A stretch of 64,000 bases of DNA from Phoronis australis (taxonomy: Eukaryota; Animalia; Phoronida): assembly GCA_002633005.1 (NCBI GenBank), contig NMRA01000151.1, positions 761,901 to 825,900 on the forward strand, given 5' to 3'. The translations under genes were made by a program, and so were the position numbers. The notes under the pieces were generated by a model. The model was given only the letters and a program-made list of their open reading frames with translations, ran no database searches and was not told where the DNA came from. Of the stretch, positions 1-10,470 are shown piece after piece; positions within the stretch are counted from its first letter, which is position 1, and each line of letters opens with the position of its first letter.

Positions 1-355
1 GGAAAATCATTACATTGTTAATATGCTGATTCATACATTGAGCTTCAGGCTTTAAACAGTTACTTTTGTTGAGTTTTGTCAACTACAATGTGTTTATATT
101 TTACTGTATTCTGTCTGTGCATATTTTTCTTTTAATTGTTGTATACTTCTTGCTGGTCCACTAGCATGTATGATAATTCAAGAAGTATATCCCACATCAG
201 TGAAAATTTGCTGGCATTATGATAGCAGAAAAGTTGTTAAAACGCTATTATTTTGTAGTTGAAACCTCCCTCTGTATTACATGGGATCTGTAGGTGTGAT
301 GGCACTGAACTCCTGTCCACGAAAGACGTGATCTGGAGAGACAGTGAATTTGGTA

Positions 356-488
356 AAAGTGACATAGATGGGTCCCTCTTCAAAATGGCTACCGGGAAAC
401 AGTTTCAATGAATAACTGACATTGACGTTATTCCGTGAAAACTGGTTCTCGGCAGCAGTTTTGAAGAGGGACCCGTTTACATCACTTT
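356..488. repeat. imperfect foldback palindrome (MITE-like)
   Basis: aaagtga..gggtccctcttcaaaa ... ttttgaagagggaccc..tcacttt, with pairing that continues towards the centre. Confidence 0.7.
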
Positions 489-585
489 AACGTGAATTTC
501 AATCTGATGTGGCTATTTCGAAAGTCATGCAGCTATTGGAAATAAAGTTTTACTTTAGGTACTTACTTAAATACAATCAAATCAC

Positions 586-640
586 AGAGAGGGAGGGCAG
601 GAGAGAGACACGGGAGGGAGGGAGGGAGGTAGGGGAGGGA
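586..640. repeat. GA/GGGA low-complexity tract
   Basis: gagagggagggcagg..gggagggagggagggagg next to an N. Confidence 0.7.
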
Positions 641-1714
641 NCAGCAGGCCGAAAACGTTCAAACTGACTTAGATTTAGGAAGCTGGTATTATGTAGATCA
701 CAACTTATTTACTTTCAGGTAATAAGGTCACTGGATCATATTGGATCATATATCAATAAGTACACACATTTAACATTTTTGCAATAGATTCGTATCGTAA
801 AACTTTACACAGGTTTTATAACTCTTTCATACTGTTCGTTATCATTATATTTAAAAAAGTACCGTCAACTATATTTCTTGTAGGAAGTAAGTAGGTTTGG
901 CGAAGATCGTTATATGAAGGACACACTGAAAAAAATGAATTTCATTTTCAAAAACACAACATGTGCACACCCTTCATGAATTTACAGTAAACTCCTATTC
1001 CATCAACTATTGAAATTAAACTGGAGTGAGCTCATATGAACCTAGCCGAACTCGATAACTCAACAAAAACATTCAATTACTACTTCTTTAACAATCGATA
1101 TAAACACCCAAACTGGCCATCTCTGACAACTCCTCAGTCGAATGATGGTACTTCAGATCTTTACACCTATTTCAAAATATGCTTACAAAAACCACCTCAT
1201 CACCTATTCCTTAGCAATTATTTTTGTGGTCATAACCCAGAGAGATTACCGTAATCCACACAATCCAGTTGAGCGCAGCAAGTATTTTTTTCTTTCAACC
1301 GGCTCCAGCAATCTCTCCGTCTACCATTCTCAGAAAATTGCAGTGTACCATCCCTCATAAACTATCCTAATCTTACCATAACTACATAATATATCTTGGA
1401 AATGGCTGATCGGATTCACATGAAACTTTCACATATTATTCTTTAAGCACTGTTCTCGAAAAAAACTATTAGGAATTGTTTTAACATATTCCATTCTTTC
1501 ATCAGGAGCAATTAAAAAATGATACTCATGAAAAAATCTTAAGTTGCTCAAAACAAACACGAAATGATAATTTTAGAAAACACAGAAGATATCATCAAAA
1601 AATTAGTGTGTTGTGCTTTGCAAACATTCCACTAAATCATCATGCAAAACATAAAATTGTAACTTAATGCAACTCACAGAAAATTAACATTAAAACTTTT
1701 TTAAAAAAAATTCA

Positions 1715-2193
1715 AATTGCCTATAAGCTGAATGGTTAGCACGCTCACTGGTTTTATGGGGGTTGATGGTTCGATTCCCCAGTCGGGTAATCTCGGCTAG
1801 TACTACAAATAGCGTAGTCGGCAAACGGATGATCTACCGATGAAGCACTGCCAACTAGTACCCACGGACTTTGGGACAGCGAGCATGGAAAGTTCCAGGA
1901 GTCTAGGATCAGTATGAGAGACAACCTTGTGTTCACCTGTGTTGTGGTGGTTAAGTTACCAAGGGACGTTGATGACCTGTATGCGAGACATCCTGGTGTT
2001 CACCATCCTGGTGTCGTGCCTGTTTTGTAGGAAAGGGGGAATGTTATAGATGTGCATCCGGTGACTTGTATGAGCCTCTGTTAGCTACTCGCTAAGGTGC
2101 AATTGCCTATTAGCTGAATGGTTAGGACACTTGCCGGTTTTATGGAGGTCGCTGGTTCGATTCCCGGGTCGCGTAATCTCAGCAATTACTACA
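1715..2193 (+). mobile_element. TRIM-type non-autonomous LTR element with tRNA-like LTRs (5' LTR truncated)
   Basis: Partial 5' LTR 1715-1807 ending TACTACA; PBS-like TAGCGTAGTCGGCA 1810-1823; PPT AGGAAAGGGGGAA 2029-2041; full 3' LTR 2042-2193 (TGTTATAG..TTACTACA) with A box TAGCTGAATGG (2111) and B box GGTTCGATTCC (2154). Confidence 0.8.
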
Positions 2194-2522
2194 TATTGGT
2201 AAAAAAATGATAATTACAGGGTACATGTTCGTGTTGGAAGGATTTAAATATTCCAATTACTTCCATAGGTGTCCATCTAAATTCATCTTCTTCTTGGTTA
2301 AAGTGACACACTCTCTCCCAGAGTATAACTATTATGTCACTGTGTGACATTGAAGATCAACAAAGACGAGAGCAATTATAACAAGATTAAAAAGTAAATG
2401 CATAGTTGACATCACTTCACCATGGGCAGCACAACAGGGGGGCTGAGAGTGCACTTTTTTCAGTGTTGCGTCGCCTATGATCAGTATTGTCCACGACCAG
2501 TTTTAACATGTCGCTTCAACAG

Positions 2523-2645
2523 GGTACAGTTCAGTAATGCTAGTACCTCACAACAAATCTAGCCAAAATCACGTGTTATGATTTAAAATACACGGCAAAA
2601 CATCTCACGTAATCTGGCAAAGACTCAGCGTTACTGAACTCAGGG
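2523..2645. mobile_element. short MITE (family A) flanked by CAG direct repeats
   Basis: Subterminal IR GTTCAGTAATGCT / AGCGTTACTGAAC. Internal aaatacacggcaa..atctcacgtaatct..caaag is shared with 60546-60682. Confidence 0.65.
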
Positions 2646-3478
2646 CAGGATTGCGGGTGCTTCCATCAGGTTTGAGCAACCTGCAGCATACGGGCTTTTT
2701 ATGCTCGTAACAAAGAATGCCTGCCAGGTCGAGTCCAGACGTATGTCTGATAGACAGACAACTTGGTGACAAAGAAGGGCTGTGTTCAGAGATTGGTTAA
2801 CATAGTTACATCGTTTACAGATAGGGCAGACAGTAAGGTAAGCCCCAGATGGAGGCACTCAACTATGACATGTTACGTCATAAAGACGGACAACTTGGTG
2901 ACAAAGAAGGGCTGTAGCCTGGCAAGCTATTCCAATCCTCGATTGTTCCAGAAAAGAATGTCTTTTTCCAGTAATACGTCCTATTTATTGTAATGCTATA
3001 ATTGGATGATCTTATGGTACAGATGCCAGATAGTAAATTAACTCTACGAACCAATATTGGTTCCTAGATTAACTCACGAACGTTAACTTGGGTGGTCAAG
3101 TATTGATTGCGTATTACTATTATAGGCGGAAGAAGCTAGACAACTCAAAATGCTTTGTACACACCAAAATATAAGCGGCTAACCAAAAGTAGGAAAATCA
3201 TTCACATGACACTTGGTTTCCTCACCTCTGCGTTACGGCAACAAAGAGAGCACCACTGAACAACGTCTTACACAACACCTATTCAAACTATCGAAGACCA
3301 AAGTACTAGTTTTGTATCAAACATCCGGGATATTGAAGGTGCCCCCTGGTGTGTGCTTTGTGCATATTAGTTACTAAAATAATCAAAAGATGGTACCCCA
3401 AACAGCAAATTCGGTGAACGTTCACCGGTGCTCGGCAATGCAGAAAAGTTAATGCGTTGGATAACAACAATGACATCT

Positions 3479-3783
3479 CATGCACGCACCCAGGAGGGGG
3501 GGGGGGGCTCGGGCAGCCTCCCATTTGGCAAAGTGAAAAAAGGTCCGTCTCAGCTAAATAAAAAGTCCGAAATAGTAGAAAACGAGACAAAGTCCACTAA
3601 AGAGGCAACAACTACCAAAAAATCGGCGAACGCACAATTCATAGCTCTAAATATATCCCGTTTCTTTTTTAGTAAAAAGACCATAATCTTTTAGTAAAAA
3701 GACCATAATCTTTAATTAAAAGGGGTCCACATTTATTTTTTTATTTTTATTATTTTTTTTTTTTTTTTTTTAGTAAAAGGTCC
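3479..3783 (+). repeat. dispersed repeat (catgcRcgcacccag + G-run, internal aaaaggtcc subrepeats), runs into a gap
   Basis: The same head occurs at 6052 and 56846; tandem tttagtaaaaagaccataatct x2. Confidence 0.55.
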
Positions 3784-4119
3784 NNNNNNNNNNNNNNNNN
3801 NNNNNNNNNNNNNNNNNNNNNNNNNNNNNNNNNNNNNNNNNNNNNNNNNNNNNNNNNNNNNNNNNNNNNNNNNNNNNNNNNNNNNNNNNNNNNNNNNNNN
3901 NNNNNNNNNNNNNNNNNNNNNNNNNNNNNNNNNNNNNNNNNNNNNNNNNNNNNNNNNNNNNNNNNNNNNNNNNNNNNNNNNNNNNNNNNNNNNNNNNNNN
4001 NNNNNNNNNNNNNNNNNNNNNNNNNNNNNNNNNNNNNNNNNNNNNNNNNNNNNNNNNNNNNNNNNNNNNNNNNNNNNNNNNNNNNNNNNNNNNNNNNNNN
4101 NNNNNNNNNNNNNNNNNNN
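3784..4119. other. assembly gap
   Basis: N run. Confidence 1.
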
Positions 4120-6051
4120 AATTAAAAATAGACCAGAACCAATAACGCTATATTTTGTTTGGCTATGAACTGCACGACATCAGCACCAACTCAGTTGCGC
4201 AGTTTTATTGTTACCAACGCAAATCCACAGTAGACTACGCGTGCGATCCTGGTGGCTATAACTTTTCCATGACAGAACTAATTTCGAGCTTTAAAAACTC
4301 TCGTGCATGCATTAAATATGTTTGTATTTAAAATTATGAATACTTTTGCTGATTGTGGTGCCCGTATTTCAATTTGAAGGTCTGTCCAGAGCTCAGGAGG
4401 CGAGCTATAAAAATGCGCAGTGTAATTTCAACCAAACTTGAGCTCTGAACAGCTAAAAATCATAATGATATATAGAAGGTACACACACTGTCAGAAGTGC
4501 GTTTACCCACATCTTCGGTGAAGCTCAATGCATAGATGCCGACAATCGAAAACGAAAAGGCGGGAAATATCAATGGATCTAGAAGGCTATTTGCATAAAG
4601 GCAAATGTCCGCTGCAACACCTAAGATACTCCGGCACTTGTTTAGATGTGACTGGGAATGGGAGTGGGAAATAGAGGTAAATCATGTGAAAAAGCACGTG
4701 TAATGAAAGTGGGGCATTTGATGGTGTGGGATGCAGAAAAGAGCTTCAAAAATCAGACTGGTCCCGCCAAAAGGGGGACAATTGACAAGTATGCCTACCA
4801 ATTAGGGTAGACGGGCACCCGCAATCTGAGAGCAATGGCAAATTAATGCTTATGCAGTTACGTAATTACAACCTTTATCATGCATATGTCAAATTAGCTA
4901 AAACCCCTGGATACCATCATGATATTCTTTAGTGCCAGAAATAATACCATTTGCAACATGTTTGGTGTGCAATTTTGTAGACAAACGAACATCATTCGTT
5001 CGTCGTTCTCTCAGTACCAGATCAAGTGTACAGACCGAGTACAAATCAAAAATATTTGTCGTAACGTTGGGACGAAATTACACTGGTTTTTACTGCAAGA
5101 AGATCACGATAATGCGATTGTCACGCCAAGAAACGGATTGTGTGGCTGTTGTAGAGTGACTTTTTGGGTGAAATTACATTGCACATGCTAACTGACATGG
5201 AGCAGTCATAATTAAGACGACATTTGTCTCAACTCACAGCATTGTTCATTCTTCCCATTATAACAAATTATACAATATTCCTTGCGTGTTTTTTGCGGGA
5301 AAATGGGCAAAACACCAGTGGATGACCATATTCTAGAATTCATGAAATGTTCAAGATAATTTATTGATGCTCAGAAGTGACACAATAAGAGTTCAAATAT
5401 CGTTCCAATTCATTCCCCTGATTATTCAGGTGCCCAATCACAATACGCGTGCTTTTAAAATAGAGGGTCATTATTTAGGACATCCTCAAAAACTACTCCT
5501 CCGTCTAACTAATAAAATGGGGTTAGTGCCGGGTCGAGATCCATCCTGCACAGACCCTTTAGATTGTGACGTCAGAGTGTGAGGCCCGGGAACCAGGTGG
5601 CTTCGACGTGCTCAGCAACACGGCCCAGCAAGGACAATTTGTGGCCACAGCAATTACGAACTTTTGAATACATTTTAAGGTGTTTACTCGTTTCGCCGGT
5701 TCAAGAAACTTACGAAATATAAGAAATAAACGATATTTCACGCAAGCACACAAGTCATCGGCATATTTTTGTCGATGACATCTCGACTGCGGGCCATTTT
5801 TTACTTCACTTGAGGTGTCATCATGGACTTGCGGAAAGCCGTGAGTTGCAGCTTAGTATTATGCCAACTTACGACGACCGCCAGCTCTACAGTAGGGGCC
5901 TAATATACTTTCAGTTGGAGTGCATTGCATGAAAAAAATGATGTGGGTTATCTTAGTCTCTCGTGGAAGTCGGTTTAATTGATGATTATTTTCCGAAGAG
6001 GTAAGTTTCGCGGCATGGCATAAAGAGTTTAAGTGCATCGTAAAGCATGTC

Positions 6052-6250
6052 CATGCGCGCACCCAGTCTAAATTATAGGGGGGGGGTGCTCGAATTTTTC
6101 GGTATGTGGACCTTTTACTGAAAAAAAGTCAGCGAGGACTACAGAACGGGGCCACAAGGTTCAGGGCTATGGATTGCGCATCCGCGCCGAATTCCTGTGG
6201 GCTTTGTGGACCTTTGTCTCCTTTACTCGGACTTTTTGTTTCGCCGACGC
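6052..6250 (+). repeat. dispersed repeat, same family head as 3479 and 56846
   Basis: catgcgcgcacccag..ggggg..tcgaatt..tgtggacctttt actgaaa is shared with 56846-56911. Confidence 0.55.
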
Positions 6251-7185
6251 GCACATTTTTGCCCAATTCGCGCCCATTGTGTCTATGGACTCGGTGCATG
6301 AGGAGGAATTCGCCTACTTGTTGCTTGTTTGGTGTAGACGTTTTCATCAAGTGCAAGTGAAGACAGGTTACCCGATGTAAAGTAACGACTCATAATGGCT
6401 ACTCTTTGCACCGAGATTTACAACTGTTACAACCAAATTTCCTGGTTTTAGTCACCACAGACCAGTATATATAATTTGATTCATGTATAATATGTTCTAA
6501 CTTATACAACTGGTCTGCCTATTGTTATTGGGTTACTAAACTTCACAGAAGTTAAACTAAACTGCTCTCACCAAGAGTTATAACCTTTGTACTGGATTTA
6601 AATGTTGCAACCTTTTTTATGAACAGTGCATTACAGATACATCACGTGTGTATATTTATGTTATTGATTTTTGTCGGCTACATCAAAGCACAGCGTACTG
6701 AATGAGTTCGTCGAGAGATCAAACCGCGAGAACAGTCCAATCCCAGCAGTTTAACAGTACTTAATCCACATCACTCTCAGCTGGTCCATACCAGGGGGAT
6801 GCAACAGATAGGTAACCGGTTAAAGATGCCTAAAAATTTTCAAACTAGCATCAGAATTTTCAAAGCATAAAGCAGCTAATAGGAACAGTTGTTTGAAAAG
6901 AAAGCCAGGTATAAAGTGAAATCGCTAGCACGAAACTTAACTCGAACTGAATTCTGCACAGCTTAAGTGACTATAATGAACTCGTCTGAAACTGTCAATC
7001 AGGAAAAGTGCGCTTACTAACTCCGCCTCTTGAACTCGACTACAATTGCACTATATTTGGAAGAATGGGAAGTGGAGACTTTTGGTCGTAAAACTTTAGT
7101 AAGTTTTATCTAGAGTTTGTCCGATTCTGTGGTCCCTTGATCCGGATTACGACCATGTTGGCCACATTTTCGTGTAGTTAGAAAG

Positions 7186-7210
7186 ATGGGAAAGTATCAG
7201 AGTAAACAAG
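7186..7210 (+). CDS. nkd: nkd exon 1: MGKYQSKQ, N-myristoylation motif (G2, S6)
   Basis: ATG GGA AAG TAT CAG AGT AAA CAA G|gtgagt. Resembles vertebrate NKD1 MGKLHSK; strong donor site. Confidence 0.88.
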
Positions 7211-7510
7211 GTGAGTTGTGTTGAGTTTTACCACCCTTTCTAACTCTTCTGATGTGAAGTCCATTATTACGTAGGTCTACAGTGATGGGTGATCTCGGTA
7301 GGCCCCTAGCGTGTTGTTTACAACATTCGCCCTTCTAGACCGAGGGTCGTATTAATAATGTGCGGTACATGAGAATTTTGCATTGTTATTAGTTTCCATG
7401 CTAGACGTAAGCATCCCAGATTCAGAAAAGCACAAATTATGGGGTGCATTCGTATCGTGAGTGGGTTGAAACGTGAAAAGCCGTAAACATGTGCTGGGAG
7501 CACGTATGAG

Positions 7511-7610
7511 CCACAGGCGTCCTCAGCTTCTGATCGTCCCCAATACACTGTAATTTAGTATATTATAATATAGTGTATTGGGGACGATCAGAAGCTGAGG
7601 ACGCCTGTGG
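7511..7610. repeat. perfect 39-bp inverted repeat with 22-nt AT-rich spacer in nkd intron 1
   Basis: 7511-7549 ccacaggcgtcctcagcttctgatcgtccccaatacact is the exact reverse complement of 7572-7610. Confidence 0.92.
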
Positions 7611-8667
7611 TATGATTTAGGGCTCTTAGGAATAAGTTTCACCAGTATCACGCTGACTGATTGCGGTGCTGGGTTATTGTTTACAATATGACAACATTGG
7701 CCTATGCCGCCTATGCATATGATTTTGGTATCGTTTGATTTCTCGCATCGTTTATCCTTCCAAATATACACCAAAGCGTCTCCTACCCGTGCGCTTAGTT
7801 ATATTTTATTGTCAAATTTCTACTTGCACTATTTCCCAGTAGTGCAGACAATGGCGCAGCCAGCCACAGACGATGGAGCTTCTGTTATCAAACTTTTTCT
7901 TCAAGCAGTCCCTCGTTCAGTTCCTAAAATCGGTAACTCACCATTTTCACACTGTGCATGCTAGTGGATACATACGTCGTGCCACCTGCCGGTGTGTTAA
8001 AAATGGCGAGTTACCAGTTTTAGGAACTGAATGAGGTACTGCTCGATGAAAAAGTTTGATAACGGGAGTATTCGTTCAAGTCGGAAGGAATTAAACATTG
8101 AAGGCATCCCTCTCTGCGCAAAAGGTATTCGTAACAATGTGACTTTTGATGTTTTAGTCAGTGCCAGGCATGATTCGCCAAAAAGCTTTCGTTTCTACTG
8201 GCTACGCCAGCAGAGATGATGGTCATTGTCTACTGGTAGTGATGCTGCAATGTTTAATCGCTGTAATCTTGAGTCATCTGGTAGCCAAAATGTGATATAA
8301 TCTACCAACACCCACATACTAGTTCTACAGAGAGTCGCTCTTATAAGTTCAAACTGACCAAGACCTGTTGACCTTGGCCCGAGCTATGATCCCACGGGCA
8401 CGAATTCCTGGTATGCATCCGCTAACAAGAAGCCACAAAAAAGGGGTTGTTTTCGAGGTCCAAATTGGTGAAAGGAATGTCACTACCGATAATTTTATAG
8501 AAAAGGGGTCAATTTTAAAAATTTGTGGAAAAGGGTGAAATGTTGTCCATTGTTAACTCCATGTTACCTCAGGAAAACGTTAGGGGGAATCTTGCGGCCT
8601 AACACCATTCAGAATCGATTATTTGGTTTCACATATTAGCAGCAGGTATCGCTGTAATCTTGAATTT

Positions 8668-8820
8668 TTTAGTAGATGTGCTTTTTGGTGAATCTTATGA
8701 GCCTCTGTTAGCCACTCGTTAATGGGCAATTATACATTAGCTGAATGGTTAACACTCTCGCCGGTTTTGTGGGGGTCGCTGGTTCGATTCCCGGGTCAGG
8801 TAATCTCAGCTATTACTACA
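8668..8820 (+). mobile_element. solo LTR of the tRNA-like TRIM family
   Basis: Aligns along its length with LTR 2042-2193 (gagcctctgttagc, tagctgaatggtt, ggttcgattcccgggtc, tactaca). No PBS follows. Confidence 0.75.
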
Positions 8821-9062
8821 AGTTGAGCGAATATGACGGTCTCAACCAGGAAATTGTGCAGAAATTTGTGAGAAAATAAATTTGGTATGGGACATGTTCT
8901 TAAATATTGTTGGGATAACAACGATAAGTGGAATAGAACCATGCCCAAATCATGTGTGTAGGTCAGTGTTGTCACATTGTAAACAATTACCTGCTGTAGA
9001 AACTGCTGAAATTACTTGACCCATGAATCCAACCAAGGATCCGAACAAAACTGACTATTGTT

Positions 9063-9440
9063 TAACCATTCAGCTAATAGACAATTGCCTTTTAGCAAGT
9101 GGCTAACAGAGGCTCCTATGATTAACTGGGAAGCACATCTATAACATCCCCCCTTTCCTACAGAACAGGCGCACTTCCTGGCTGCAGTTTTCTGCAACAC
9201 CCTAGCGTCCTGGAATTTACCCTTAGCAACACTTCCTTGTGTCCTGGAATTTGCCCTCAACAAAGCCCTCCGTTGTTCTGGATCTGCACCAATTCATGCT
9301 CTGTCCGAGGTCCTCAGACCTCTGAGTTGGCAGTGTTTCTTTGCCTCCTCAGTATATCATCCATTCGCCAACTACGCCAGTTGTAGTAATAGTCGAGATT
9401 ACCCGACCCAGGAATCGAACCTGTGACCCCGATAAAGCTG
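9063..9440 (-). mobile_element. second TRIM copy, inverted, with both LTRs truncated
   Basis: On the minus strand: LTR end TTACTACA (9382), PBS TGGCGTAGTTGGC (9379-9367), internal region, PPT AGGAAAGGGGGGA (9159-9147), then LTR start TGTTATAGATGTGC (9146) running to the A box. Confidence 0.78.
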
Positions 9441-10220
9441 GGAAAAATTTACTTGTATGTTAGACTTTTTGGACTCAGTTGACATTGACTTCACAAGTAT
9501 TGAGTACAATATTTTCGCATGCTGTTTCAAACACACCTTTATCAAAGTCATTGACAAAACAAATGGTTTATGTGATATGTTTGTAATTAAGTCCACTGCC
9601 ACCTTTTAAAAATAAAAAGATGAACAAACAGTTATTTGTTTGCACTACTGTGCATTACTGTTGAAGTGCTTGTGTAAAAATAAAGTGTACACTAATCTGC
9701 GGAGAACGTTGACAGTCGCGCATATTCCCGGCATGTTTCTTGCAGTTTTTACGCGACCTGTTTAGATTTTCAGATGTGGAGAACACTGGTTACCTCTTCC
9801 ATTTATCACCATTCACTGGGTATATTACGGTGTGCATTACCCTTACATGGGACATCGCCACTTAAGATTGTCCAAGGGTGCCATTTTTTCTCTTATCCAA
9901 CAGGGGTCCCCATGTCTACCCACTTAAACAGTTATTCACATATATTTATGAGTTATATTTTAGTTTGCTCACCCCATCTCAGTGTAGTTGAATTCCTCTT
10001 ACAGAGAACGCAGGCAATCGGAAACACTGGAGGCACATATTTCATGGTCCGATTGTTGTAATTTGGGCTTGTGTTTGATATCTGCTGACTGCTGAGTGTG
10101 GCGTATACACGTATTTCCTGAAATAAACGGAATAACTATGAACCAAAAGTAATGGAATCTATAAAAAAAATTTGAAATTTGCAAGCCATCACAAATTTTT
10201 AGGCTACTTTCGGTGAATTA

Positions 10221-10470
10221 CCGTAAACTCGGGTAATCGCCCATCCCCGACTTTTTGTCAATTTTCAGCTTAAGCGCCCACTGCTTGAGTAATTGCCCAT
10301 CCCCTACTTTGTGCAAATTTCCATGTAAGCGCCCACCTCTGGGGTAATCGCCCATCCCCGGCTTTTTCCAAATTTTCTGTCTAAGTGCCCACTGATTGGG
10401 TAATCACACACCGCCCTGTTTCAGGGTTTTTCAATTTAAGCACCCAGGGCGTTAACTCGCGAGTTTACGG
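10221..10470. mobile_element. Tc1/mariner(pogo)-type MITE with TA target duplication
   Basis: TA|CCGTAAACTCG ... CGAGTTTACGG|TA; internal subrepeats taatcgcccatcccc and taagcgcccac. Confidence 0.8.

Noticed and set aside
2105-2175. Functional tRNA gene (A and B boxes present)
   Set aside because: No convincing acceptor or anticodon stems and no oligo-T terminator. The copies are divergent and embedded in LTR-like repeats.
2757-2914. 27-bp direct repeat gacaacttggtgacaaagaagggctgt
   Set aside because: Only two copies with no other structure; most likely a small local duplication.
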